A stretch of DNA of 63,491 nt, filler included, from Octopus bimaculoides (taxonomy: Eukaryota), in the NCBI RefSeq assembly GCF_001194135.2. It is 6 parts of 6 records of this genome, joined end to end, with 100 filler letters (N's around TTAATTAATTAA, not from the genome) between each part and the next. Parts side by side here need not be neighbours in the genome. Positions count along the whole stretch, not along the records: positions 1 to 19,721 come from NC_068982.1; positions 19,822 to 31,921 come from NC_069001.1; 4 more parts are not named here. One strand, 5' to 3'. The notes beneath the pieces are model-generated. The model did not search any database and was not told where the DNA came from. It was given only the letters and a program-made list of their open reading frames with translations. Shown piece after piece: positions 11,081 to 22,927 of the stretch (positions within the stretch are counted from its first letter, which is position 1; each line of letters begins with the position of its first letter). A program made the position numbers and the translations under genes.

Positions 11081-12070
11081 CTGCAGTAGGCTATAAAAAA
11101 AAACAGATTTACATAAGGGTCTAAAAACTGATATTTTGAATACAAACTAGACCCGTCGGTTTTCAAATCCAATCCGTTAGTGTCTCAGTGAATATCTGTA
11201 AAACATTCTAATCATTCTTCACTGGTGTTTCATGGATTGAGTTTCTTACACAATTACATGTGTGCATACGAGACACAAACATGCATAAAGAGCACACATT
11301 TGTGTACTAAAAACACATGTAAAGCATTGCACGAATGCTAGTACACTTCCATATGCACACATTAACTCGCACTCAAAAATATCTGGTAACGTCTTCACTT
11401 TTACAAAGAAGCATTGTCATTTTGTTAGTGACCGACTTAAATTTTGCGAAGAAGAATTGTGAAATAAATCTCAAAGAAAACCTTCAAGATCTAGCTAAAA
11501 TTCTGCAAATACAATATGTAAGAAGAGTAACAGAAAATATGCAAAATGCTTCTGAAATTCAAGATGTAACTCTATGCTTTTTTCTTATCTAAATTCCAAT
11601 AATGGAGATTTGTTTCCAAGAATTTAAAAATATTTAAGCATACATGCGTACATAGATACATAATATGTACGTGTATATGCATGCATATACACACACACAC
11701 ACACACACATACTTTATGTACATATGCATACATGTATACATATATGAATATATGCAGACTATCATACACAGTTACATACACACATACATGCAGAAATCCA
11801 TATATACATTAACAAGCTATTAACGAAACTGGAAAAATCGTAAAACATTCCAGTAGTTAGCTCAATAGTATGGTCACCCATACTCGTCTATATTGTGTAA
11901 TCATACGAATGTTTACGCAAAACTAAATTCAAATATACAGATTTACACATGCAATAGCATCCATACATGCAAATGTACATAGCCACACCTACATACACAT
12001 ATACATGCATGCATAAATATATATACATACATATATACATGCATGGATGCATTTTATTACATTACATATA

Positions 12071-12297
12071 AAGGCGACGAGCTGGCAGAACCGTTAGCAC
12101 GCCGGGCAAAATGCTTCGCCGCATATCGCTTGTCCTTACGTTCTGAGTTCAAATTTTGTCGAGGTTGACTTTCTCTTTCTTTTTTTTTTTTCGTGGTCGA
12201 TGAAATAAGTACAAGTCACGCATTGGGGTCGATGTAACCGACTAGCCTCCTATCCCAAAATTTCACGGCTTGAACCTATAATAGAAAGGATTATATT
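12071..12297 (+). mobile_element. SINE family A, full length
   Basis: Head aaggcgacgagctggcagaaccgttagcacgccgggcaaaatg; 16-bp direct repeat tattacattacatata at 12055-12070 and 12522-12537. Confidence 0.9.
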
Positions 12298-12511
12298 CTT
12301 TTCTAGTCTAGGCACAAGGCCCGAAATTTCTGGGGAAGAGGCCAGTCGATTAGATCGACCCCAGTACGCAACTGGTATTTAATTTATCGACCCCGAAAGG
12401 ATGAAAGGTAAAGTCGACCTCGGCGGAATTTGAGCTCCAAACGTAAAGATAGATGAAATACCGCTAAGCATTTCGCCCAGCGTGCTAACGTTTCTACCAG
12501 TCCGCCGCCTT
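12298..12511 (-). mobile_element. SINE family A, full length, inserted in the tail of the previous copy
   Basis: TSD gaaaggattatatt (12284-12297) / gaagggattatatt (12512-12525). Confidence 0.9.
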
Positions 12512-12649
12512 GAAGGGATTATATTACATTACATATAGACACAGGAATCGATTAGTATTTAAGGTCACCAAACAAGATTAAGTTCCATCCTATGGTGTGG
12601 GATCTTAGGCAACTGTCTTTAATCATGGACTCGAGTTCACCTAAGCTTT

Positions 12650-12830
12650 AGGTTGGCGAAAACTGTGTGGAAACCTGTCGGACAGATTGCAGCTGTATTT
12701 CGGCACTCAATCGAATGACCTTTCTCTGCGTACGATCCAGGAGGTGCGCGCGCGTGTCTGCAGCAACATCACAATACCAAATGTAGGAGCAATACTCCAC
12801 TATGGTATTCATTTTATATCTACAGCGTGT
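12650..12830 (-). mobile_element. CR1/Jockey-like LINE fragment (post-RT)
   Basis: YKMNTIVEYCSYIW....RAHLLDRTQRKVIRL matches the MEYCS.IW...LLDR.QR.A.RL pattern. Confidence 0.65.
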
Positions 12831-13879
12831 CAAGTATTAGGAATCGAAATAATCTCTGATCTGGAAGAGAAGAGCCACTCTGGGAATCAGTCGTAGGTAT
12901 AGTAAGAAACTGCCTTTGCCAGGAGAGAGCCTTAGTGATAAAGAGGGCTACCATTTTGAATGACCGTAAGAGCTCTATTTGTAAGTGTTGTTCATGTTTA
13001 GGGATGTAGGCATATGTGTGTGTATGAAAAATGAAAATAAATACCTTTCCCGTGGTTATTATTTCCCACTTCAATGATCAAATCTTTAAACTTTCGATCA
13101 TGTCATTCATTTAATTTTTCAAATAAACACTACCAAGGATTATATACAAACATTTATACATAGACATGTTCATTTTTACGGACGTACGCGTGTGTGTGTG
13201 TGTATGTGTGTGTTATTTATGAATATATATGACTGTGTGTGGTTGTGCTTGTGTATGGTTGATGATTGACTATTTTATTCGCCAGATCTGTGGGTTTCAT
13301 ATATTACAAAACAAATCACTTGATGAAAATGAACGTTAAGCTTTATTAGCACGCATTGTTTCTAAATAATAAAAGGAAGATTACAAAACATCTAGAATTA
13401 AAAGCTGAATTTGTATCGAATACTAAATGCGATTAAACGGAGTTCTTTTAGAAGGTTTTAATTGGTTTACCTGCATGAACGCAATACTGAGAAACAAAGA
13501 GATATCAATAGTTAAATATTTATACGAAGCTATATCCAAATGCATTGGGTTTCGCCATGAAATGATACCCCATAGATCACAGGAATTTCGATATTTGACC
13601 CATTCTATTATAATGTTAGTGTCAAGGCCGTTGCTACGCTAAAGAATGGCCTTCCTCTTCAGGACCAGATAAAATATATTTCATCCCAAATAATTGTTGA
13701 CTTCCTGCAAAGCTCAAGAAAGACTCACGAGGGAGTGCTGCTCCTACATCTGAGACAGTGTTGCTATTGCATGGATAGATATCCGAGATGCATCTAAAGA
13801 AAAGCCAACGAACTGCCTGTCATAAAGTCGCTCGCTAACACACTAACACACTCCAACAATTCCCCTACTGATCTACTGT

Positions 13880-14135
13880 TCCCACGCTCTGACTTTCCAA
13901 TCGCTATGTTAACCTCTGTTTCTCGGAGCTGGTTGGTTTCTTTCGTTCAGGCTCTCGCGATTCACACTTCTTCAACTATATTGAGTCCGCCTCCACCAGA
14001 CCAAGTCCATCTTTCTCCGAACGTCTATCCCTTAATTCCTTCTTTTCCAAAATTTTTTCTGCAGCCGACAATTTGCAGCATTAATTTGCGTTGATCATTT
14101 GAGTCTCCGAAAGGAGACGAAACTCGTGAGCACAC
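13880..14135 (+). mobile_element. CR1/Jockey-like LINE 3' end with terminal hairpin
   Basis: RYVNLCFSEL..SRDSH..SF..RTS..NS....NLQ over frames; GTCTCC-GAAA-GGAGAC hairpin at 14103-14118. Confidence 0.55.
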
Positions 14136-14408
14136 ACCTTACACCTGATTAAACTAATTCAAAAGGGAATATTGGAATAGGATTAATAGACTGAAGACGA
14201 AGTGAGAAGGCATTATCGGATTGACAAAATCAGAAGAACGTCGGAGAATTAGCCCAGTTCAAACCTTGTCTCTCATCTTTCATCTTTTCCATTCCTCGTT
14301 TCAGTGTCGATAAAATTAAGTTCCACTCAAATATTGAGCCCATTGGCATCGCTAGCCTTTCTCTTCAAAACTGTTACCCTTATGTCTAAATTAGTGTGCT
14401 GGATCGGC

Positions 14409-14618
14409 AAAATCGGTAGAACATCGGGAAAAATCGGCAGGACATCGGACGAAATCGGCAGAACGTCGGTCAAAATCGTTAAAACATCTGTCAAAATCTT
14501 TAGAACATCGGGAAACATTGGCAGAACATCGGAAAAAATCGGTAGAACATCAGACAAAATCGGTAGAACATCGGTCAAAATTGGTAGAACATTGGACAAA
14601 ATCGGTAGAACAAATAGA
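14409..14618 (+). repeat. 21-bp minisatellite, 10 units (aaaatcggtagaacatcggNN)
   Basis: Ten indel-free units counted by eye; runs directly into a SINE A body. Confidence 0.95.
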
Positions 14619-14624
14619 TACAAC

Positions 14625-14970
14625 TTCGGGCAAAATTCTTCGCTATTTTGCTATATGGCTTTATACTCTGTGTTCAGGGCGCACAAAGGTCAAGTTTACA
14701 TTTCATCCTTTCGAGATCGATAAAATAAAGTGTCATTCGAGTACTGGGGTCGGTGTAATCGACTAACCTCTTCCCATCAAAATTTTGCAGTATTTAGTAC
14801 CGGCTCTTTACGTTCTGATTTCAAATCCAGCCGAGGTCAACTTTGCCTTTTATCTTTGTGGAGTCGATCAAATAGAGACGAAGCAAGTATTAGTCGGTAG
14901 TTTCAACCAGCCTCTGCTTCTCCTCCCAAATTTCATGCTTTGTGCCTACGGTAAAGACAGTTATTATTAA
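14625..14970 (+). mobile_element. Two tandem diverged SINE A bodies
   Basis: gggcaaaatt..ttcatcctttcgagatcgataaaata..ggggtcggtgtaatcgac, then ttacgttctgatttcaaatccagccgaggtcaactttgcc. Confidence 0.75.
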
Positions 14971-17499
14971 GAACATGAAGAATGTCACGTTGTCGAAGAA
15001 TCTGTGCTTGGACTCTGTTAAATCTTTTCAGGTTTTCTTCTAATTATAGCTAAGGTAAAAAAAAATATATGTATTTTAGAGAGGATCTAGGGAATTATGG
15101 AGAAGATATTGCATAAAAGAAATGCCGAACACCTCATTAAAGACTCATTTTAATCAATATCTCCGTTAAATTGTCAGTTTATCTCATGGTTTCATAATAA
15201 CGAGGGTTTAAGTATTATTTTATGGTATGATATCCATAGGGTTCTTTGGGCTGTAATTTCACGTGGATCTTACTCTTATTGCTGCTGCTGATGATGATGA
15301 TGATGATCCTCCCCCTCCTCCTACCGTTGCTACAGTTGCTGCTGATGGTGATGGTGATGGTGATGGTGATGGTGATAGTTTGTTGGAGAGAGTGAAGACA
15401 GTTGTAATCAAGTATATGATGGCGATATTGACGACGATGATGGTGGTAGTGGTGGTAGTGGCGGTGGGGATCTTAATGATGGTGGTTTGAACGAGGTTGA
15501 GGAAGAGGAACGGGGGGGTGGAGGAGAAAGGGGAGGTGGGGAGGATGTTGTTTCGTAAGGCGTTCGCTGCATTAAGCAGCAAAATTATATCCGTTTCCTT
15601 GGTTTGTGTGACATTAGTTTCGCGACTCTCTCTCTCTCTCTCTCTCTGAATGTAGCGCTTAACTAATCACAAGGCCTTGAAGTTTTAACAAGAAGAAAAC
15701 GAAATGTTCTAACGCACATATATTTGTCGGAAAGTTTAGATATATGCATATGTATATGAATATGTGTGNNNNNNNNNNNNNNNNNNNNNNNNNNNNNNNN
15801 NNNNNNNNNNNNNNNNNNNNNNNNNNNNNNNNNNNNNNNNNNNNNNNNNNNNNNNNNNNNNNNNNNNNNNNNNNNNNNNNNNNNNNNNNNNNNNNNNNNN
15901 NNNNNNNNNNNNNNNNNNNNNNNNNNNNNNNNNNNNNNNNNNNNNNNNNNNNNNNNNNNNNNNNNNNNNNNNNNNNNNNNNNNNNNNNNNNNNNNNNNNN
16001 NNNNNNNNNNNNNNNNNNNNNNNNNNNNNNNNNNNNNNNNNNNNNNNNNNNNNNNNNNNNNNNNNNNNNNNNNNNNNNNNNNNNNNNNNNNNNNNNNNNN
16101 NNNNNNNNNNNNNNNNNNNNNNNNNNNNNNNNNNNNNNNNNNNNNNNNNNNNNNNNNNNNNNNNNNNNNNNNNNNNNNNNNNNNNNNNNNNNNNNNNNNN
16201 NNNNNNNNNNNNNNNNNNNNNNNNNNNNNNNNNNNNNNNNNNNNNNNNNNNNNNNNNNNNNNNNNNNNNNNNNNNNNNNNNNNNNNNNNNNNNNNNNNNN
16301 NNNNNNNNNNNNNNNNNNNNNNNNNNNNNNNNNNNNNNNNNNNNNNNNNNNNNNNNNNNNNNNNNNNNNNNNNNNNNNNNNNNNNNNNNNNNNNNNNNNN
16401 NNNNNNNNNNNNNNNNNNNNNNNNNNNNNNNNNNNNNNNNNNNNNNNNNNNNNNNNNNNNNNNNNNNNNNNNNNNNNNNNNNNNNNNNNNNNNNNNNNNN
16501 NNNNNNNNNNNNNNNNNNNNNNNNNNNNNNNNNNNNNNNNNNNNNNNNNNNNNNNNNNNNNNNNNNNNNNNNNNNNNNNNNNNNNNNNNNNNNNNNNNNN
16601 NNNNNNNNNNNNNNNNNNNNNNNNNNNNNNNNNNNNNNNNNNNNNNNNNNNNNNNNNNNNNNNNNNNNNNNNNNNNNNNNNNNNNNNNNNNNNNNNNNNN
16701 NNNNNNNNNNNNNNNNNNNNNNNNNNNNNNNNNNNNNNNNNNNNNNNNNNNNNNNNNNNNNNNNGTGTGTTTTTTTTGTGTTGGTGTGTGTGTCTGTGTG
16801 TGTGCGTGTGTGTGCGTGTGTGTGTCGATGGGAAAGAGAAAAGAAGAAAATTGGGTTCACAGCTGGTTAGTTCTTTTCAATGATAAGTTTATTTTTAGCC
16901 TTTTAAAGGAATGGCAAAAGCAGGTGTGATCGTTTTGAAGTTGCTTATATATATACATATATATAAACATACATCAACATATGTATACATATATATATAT
17001 ANNNNNNNNNNCATACATACATACATACATACATACATACATACACACACACACATTTATAGATATGCCTTTTCCAAACACGTTAGTAGTGTAAATGAGG
17101 TGAAAATGCATCAACAGATCATAGAAACCTGGTCTTGCACACAATTCACCACAGGAGGTCTACAGCTATTGTATGGATCTTGTCATTTGTCGACTATCAG
17201 AAAGCTTACACGTACAGAGAGAAAGAAATTTTGTGGTGTCCATACTTTCCTCAAAGCATAGTTCCCTTGATTTATGGCGACAGGAAAACAAGATTGTTTA
17301 GCGCTCATGTTTTTTCCTTGAAAATATTTCTAGTAACGCTTGTGTAATAAAATGTTTACAACCAAGAATCGAAACCGAATTGCAAACCTATTCACTTGAG
17401 ATTTATCTTGATTGCGAGTTCGTCATTATTTTTAATGTATTAACTTTTTACATTGTCCGAAGGGAAAATAAAGCGAGACAGTGTTCTTGCATATCTCAG

Positions 17500-18195
17500 C
17501 GACGTCCGTGACGTAAATTAAATGGAATGAGTCGGTTACCGTTTTAGTTTTATTTTACTCCTGTTTATATTAATCTTTATAACAACGACGAAGTTAGTCA
17601 GATTTGTTTAGTAATAAATATGGCATTAATTAGTCAGTTGTAAATCTCAATGTTTTATTATTATTATTATTATTTCTAATAATGTTAGAAAAGAAAATTA
17701 AATAGCTCTTTCTAATGAAAACGAATGCAAAAATGTCAGAGATGTTTAATAAAAACAAATAAAACCAAGATTTACTCATGTCCGAAGGAAATAATAAAAT
17801 GCTAAGTGATGAGTTTTGTGTTGTCCTGGCGCAACAACCGTGGAATTCATAAAGAAAATAGGAAATGATTGTGTTTGATATGTCAGACATAATTTGCTCT
17901 TTAAGTTTAAAAGCAAAGCATAAGAAAATAATACACGAAGGCAAACACAGAAAGGCAGAGTTACGTTGGAAGCAAACGTTAATAAATTATCTTCTCTCTT
18001 TTGTATATGAGAGCAGCTGGAAGGTGAGCGAATGTGAGCCGATGGAGAACCAGACAACTAGCCGTGATATTGGTAGTTCATACACTATCAAATTGTGTCA
18101 ACAATCAAGGTATTTGATTCTCAAAGGTTCATTCCATTTAGCTGTAAGTAGTTACCATTGGCGGTGTAAGTCTGCCGCTAAAATCATTGGTTGTA
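17500..18195. promoter_or_regulatory. Repeat-poor, promoter-like segment
   Basis: TGACGTAA 17509-17516; two ATTGG (CCAAT) boxes at 18157 and 18186; GTAAGT donor-like sites at 18144 and 18166. Confidence 0.25.
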
Positions 18196-18729
18196 CAATG
18201 AAATTAAAAATTGCTTCGTTGACACGATATACAAAGTTCAGTTTCTCACTAGAGAAAAACTACCCCCGCAACACCTGTCCTATCACAGAGGAAGGTGTGA
18301 GAATTACTTTTTTTAATCTGCGTAGTGTCACAATAACTGTGATAATATGTTCAGTATTGAGTTATTGAGTTGAGCATTGACTTAAAGGGTTTTTGCGATT
18401 TTCAAAAATATTGGTTTCTGCTTTTTAAACACGTAAATATTTGGGAACATGTAGAAATATTCTTTGATTCGGAGATTTAAATCAATAACACCGACAGATG
18501 ATTGTATCCAGTTTACGATTTGATTTCAATTCATATTAACAGAAATTTGATTTTTGCCTTCATCGCTGATGGATTCTCCGTCGGTTTCGATGGTGAGCAA
18601 TCAGTTGTTCGATAAGCTGAACATCCAACTCGTCAAATGAACGTTTAAGTGGCTGAGTATTCCACAGACACGAGTACTCTTACAGTAAAACTTGACCTTT
18701 GAATTACTGGTTCAATCCGTCCTAGGGTC

Positions 18730-18885
18730 TTCTATTAGTTTCCGTCTACACAGTTTCACTCACAAGGCTGGAGTCAACCTGAGATTATGGTTAAAGTCAT
18801 TTACCCAAGAGGCTACGCAGTGGTTTGAACCCGAGACTGCATGATTGTAAAGGAAACTTTCTTAACCACATAGCCATGCCTGTGA
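18730..18885 (-). mobile_element. SINE family B 5' half, diverged
   Basis: agtttccgtctac..ctcacaaggc..cccaag..gcagtgg..gaaccc..accacatagccatgcc. Confidence 0.7.
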
Positions 18886-19677
18886 CCACCTTCATCGGTC
18901 TTACCCTTAAGGGTAGCATAAATAACAAACAACTGCAAATATCTACTCCTTATAATTTGAGATCGAAGGTTAATATAACAATTTGAAAAAAATATTTTAG
19001 TTTTGGTGGTGGTGGTGGTGGTGGTGGTCGTCGTCGTCGTCGTCGTCGTCGTTGCAGTGCTGGCGGCAATCGTTGTGGTGGCGGTGGTATCGGTAGTGGT
19101 GCTGCTGCAGCTGGTGTCAGGGTATTCTTTTTCGAAAGACAGGTTACAAACTTATCGCAGGGGCAGGGGGGTTTTTTTGGTGGGGGTGGGGACGGATTGT
19201 GTGAACTGGAAACAGGTGGAAACTAAAACTGTCACATAAAGCAAAAAAAAAAAGAAGAAAACAAAAAGAAAAATATCCAAGATATCTGACACAACCCTTC
19301 TTAGATTTTCTTTACCTTTAATCAATTTCGTACTTGATCTATCGATCATAGTTGAAGAAGTGAGGAGGCAAGCTGAGGTAAATAACACCTTGACTCTTTT
19401 GTTAGCTGTTGTAAAATATCAATTTCCTTAGAGTAAGAAAAAATAGACCATGTATATTGAAGAAGAGAAATTAAATTTGTGATTTTAATGCCTATCTTGA
19501 AAATATTGGAGTTGCGTGAGGGAAGTGAAGGTACTTCAAACAGAAATCGAAATCGAAATCATATCGCCGATTCGATTTTCTGTGAATGTATATGTGTATG
19601 TGTATGTTTTGTTTATGTATATGTGTGCGTGTATGAATATATAACTATCTGTGTGTATATACATACATACATGCATG

Positions 19678-19721
<44 letters not shown>

Positions 19722-19765
19722 NNNNNNNNNNNNNNNNNNNNNNNNNNNNNNNNNNNNNNNNNNNN

Positions 19766-19777
19766 TTAATTAATTAA
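19766..19777. other. Assembly spacer TTAATTAATTAA inside a 44N+12+44N gap (also 31966, 36694, 45760, 61509)
   Basis: Identical 12-mer centred in five 100-bp gaps; gives stops in all six frames. Confidence 0.95.
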
Positions 19778-20009
19778 NNNNNNNNNNNNNNNNNNNNNNN
19801 NNNNNNNNNNNNNNNNNNNNNTATTATTTGTATTAGTGTGTTTAGTGATTGTTATTAATAAACAGTGGTTGGGGGGGGCAGTGGTGGTGGTGGTGGAGGT
19901 GATGGTGGCGGCAGCGGCGGCTGGGAAGGACCCTAATATTATCTCAGTTTCCAAACAAACCAATTCTACTTCCCAACTTCAAATATCACTCGGAACAGGT
20001 TTTTCTTTA

Positions 20010-20150
20010 TACAACAGAGGCTTCTCTCAGTTTCCATCAACCATATCCACTCACTGAAGCTATTATAGAAGACAGCTGCCCAAAGTACCATGCAGTGGGA
20101 TTGAACCCACAACCACATGAACGCAAAGCAGCCTTCTTAACCACACACAC
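20010..20150 (-). mobile_element. SINE family B 5' half
   Basis: ggcttctctcagtttccatc..atatccactcac..cccaaagtaccatgcagtgggattgaaccc. Confidence 0.75.
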
Positions 20151-20321
20151 CCATTTGTTTTCTTTTCTTCGTTTTTCTTCTGATAAAGGACGAATGTCCA
20201 AAATGTTAAGTTCCTTTTCCTTTGTTTTTAAGTGTTAAGCTAATAAGATATGTTTTTCACACTTGTTCCTCCTGATTTGCCCGTGTGTGTGAGTTTATAT
20301 ACACATATATATATTTATGTA

Positions 20322-21046
20322 CAGGGTGCAATGGGTAAATTGTCTCCATTTTGTATTTTTAATTTTGCAAATGCACATTGTTTGTTTTTTTTATTTTGTC
20401 ATAGTATGGTAGGGTTAGTTGGGCACCATCTAAGACAAACACCACCATCACACTATTCACTCTGCCAGAAATTTGGAAACGATATGTTGAACTGCTTGGC
20501 ATTTGCACTGGGAGCTCCAGCCTAAGGTTCAACACAGAGACCTACATCAAGGGCCTGGAGGAGGTTGTGCTGCCATGGGTCAAGAGGGTGGCTACTGGAA
20601 GACCCTATGTCTGGTAACTGGGATCTGCACCATGCCACGCAAGCAAGGGAACCCAGTCATGGCTGTCAGACAATTTCTGCAACCACATCACCCCGAACAT
20701 CCGGCCACCTAACTCCTCAGACTGCAAACCCCTTGATTATTATGTGTGGGCTGCAGTTGAGCGAGAGGCCAGCAAAACTCCTTGTAACACCAAAGATGAA
20801 CTGAAGGCAAGGATTATGGCAGCATTCACCAACTTAAACAAGGAGACCATCCAGAAAAGTTGCAGGAGATTCTGAAGTCGTCTGGAGGCCATGGTTGGAG
20901 TCAATGGTGATTTTATTGAATAAATTTACTCTTTAGTATTTCAAGATATTTTTATGTAATTTTGGTAAATATATCTGTTAGACTGAGATGTCAGTGTTAT
21001 TTTCATTTATGCATAATTCAGACGACAGTTTATTCACTGCACCCTG
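20322..21046 (+). mobile_element. Internally deleted Tc1/mariner DD37D (maT-type) transposon
   Basis: TIRs CAGGGTGCAatgggTAAAtTGTC / CAGGGTGCAgtgaaTAAAcTGTC, TA at both ends; ..RPYVW*LGSAPCH..PPNSSDCKPLDYYVW..SRLEAMVGVNGDFIE*, with 37 residues between the mutated second D position and the third D. Confidence 0.92.
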
Positions 21047-21095
<49 letters not shown>

Positions 21096-21699
21096 NNNNN
21101 NNNNNNNNNNNNNNNNNNNNNNNNNNNNNNNNNNNNNNNNNNNNNNNNNNNNNNNNNNNNNNNNNNNNNNNNNNNNNNNNNNNNNNNNNNNNNNNNNNNN
21201 NNNNNNNNNNNNNNNNNNNNNNNNNNNNNNNNNNNNNNNNNNNNNNNNNNNNNNNNNNNNNNNNNNNNNNNNNNNNNNNNNNNNNNNNNNNNNNNNNNNN
21301 NNNNNNNNNNNNNNNNNNNNNNNNNNNNNNNNNNNNNNNNNNNTATATATATATATATTCACATTCACATATATATGTGTGTGTGTATACTGTGACATAT
21401 TTATAAATAATTTAAAGTCATAAAGGAGTCATGAATCTGCTAGTAGGAATTGAACCGTGAATCATCTCTCTCTCTCTCTCTCTCTCATTCTCTCTTTCTT
21501 TCTTTCTTTCTTTCTTTCTCTTCATCTGTCTTGCTCTTTCATTCTTTCTCTGTCTACATGCATATATATACATGTATAAAAGTGTGTGTGTGTGTGTATA
21601 CACATGTATATATGTAATTGCATTGTTTATTCCTTTAAACTCGTTAAGTAGTTGACATTTATGCAAAGAAGCAGAAGAAAAAAACGCATCGTTAATAAT

Positions 21700-21717
21700 A
21701 ATAATAACAATAATGCC

Positions 21718-21751
<34 letters not shown>

Positions 21752-22438
21752 GAACTCACTGCTGCATCAAGCAACAATGACTTCATCAATGAATTGAAAC
21801 AACAACTAGAACAGTAACAACAACAACAATTTTGTCACTGCACCACCACCACCCCAGTCCTTCCCCCACCTCCCTTCTCTTCTCAAACAAAAACAGAATT
21901 AAACAACTGAATCACATTGTTTGTTCACTGAGCTGGAATAATAATAATAATAATAATAATGATAATAATAATGATAATAAGAAGAAGAAGAATAATGATG
22001 ATGATGATGATAATAATGATGATTATAATTAATAATAATGATAACAATAATATTGATAGTGGAGATGATGATGATGATGGTGCCGTTGTCATCATCACCA
22101 TCTGCATCTTCAACACTCATTGACACCAACGTCATCATCATCATCATCATCATTGCTACCAATATTATTCCCATCGTCATCATAGCGATGAACACCATCA
22201 CCACCAGCCCCCCCCTCCTCCTCCACCACTGTTGTTGTCATCACCATTTTTATCATCACTTTCATCATCATCATCATCATCATCATAATCTTCATTGCTG
22301 TCGTTGTCATCACCCTCACCTCTCTCTCCACTTCTTGTTGTCATCATCGGCTTAACCACCACCACCATCACGGCTTTCATCATCATAATTATCATCACCA
22401 TCTCATCCAACACAGACCCTCTGACTACATCCTCTTCT

Positions 22439-22494
<56 letters not shown>

Positions 22495-22520
22495 GGTGGT
22501 GGTGGTGGTGGTGGTGGTAA
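21700..22520. repeat. Mosaic of triplet microsatellites (CAA, AAT, GAT, CAT, CAC, TAG, TGG)
   Basis: Direct reading; produces spurious poly-amino-acid ORFs. Confidence 0.95.
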
Positions 22521-22871
22521 TGACACTACTGCAAGACAATAGTGTTCCTGTTCTTTTTTTTTTNNNNNNNNNNNNNNNNNNNNNNNNNNNNNNNNNNNNN
22601 NNNNNNNNNNNNNNNNNNNNNNNNNNNNNNNNNNNNNNNNNNNNNNNNNNNNNNNNNNNNNNNNNNNNNNNNNNNNNNNNNNNNNNNNNNNNNNNNNNNN
22701 NNNNNNNNNNNNNNNNNNNNNNNNNNNNNNNNNNNNNNNNNNNNNNNNNNNNNNNNNNNNNNNNNNNNNNNNNNNNNNNNNNNNNNNNNNNNNNNNNNNN
22801 NNNNNNNNNNNNNNNNNNNNNNNNNNNNNNNNNNNNNNNNNNNNNNNNNNNNNNNNNNNNNNNNNNNNNNN

Positions 22872-22927
<56 letters not shown>

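Noticed and set aside
17865-18368. 167-aa ORF, the longest non-repeat frame
   Set aside because: Non-ATG start, no domain, and composition like non-coding AT-rich DNA; kept only as a regulatory-looking region.
19766-19777. TTAATTAATTAA palindrome as a biological motif (five copies)
   Set aside because: Always centred in 44N+44N; an artificial scaffolding linker.
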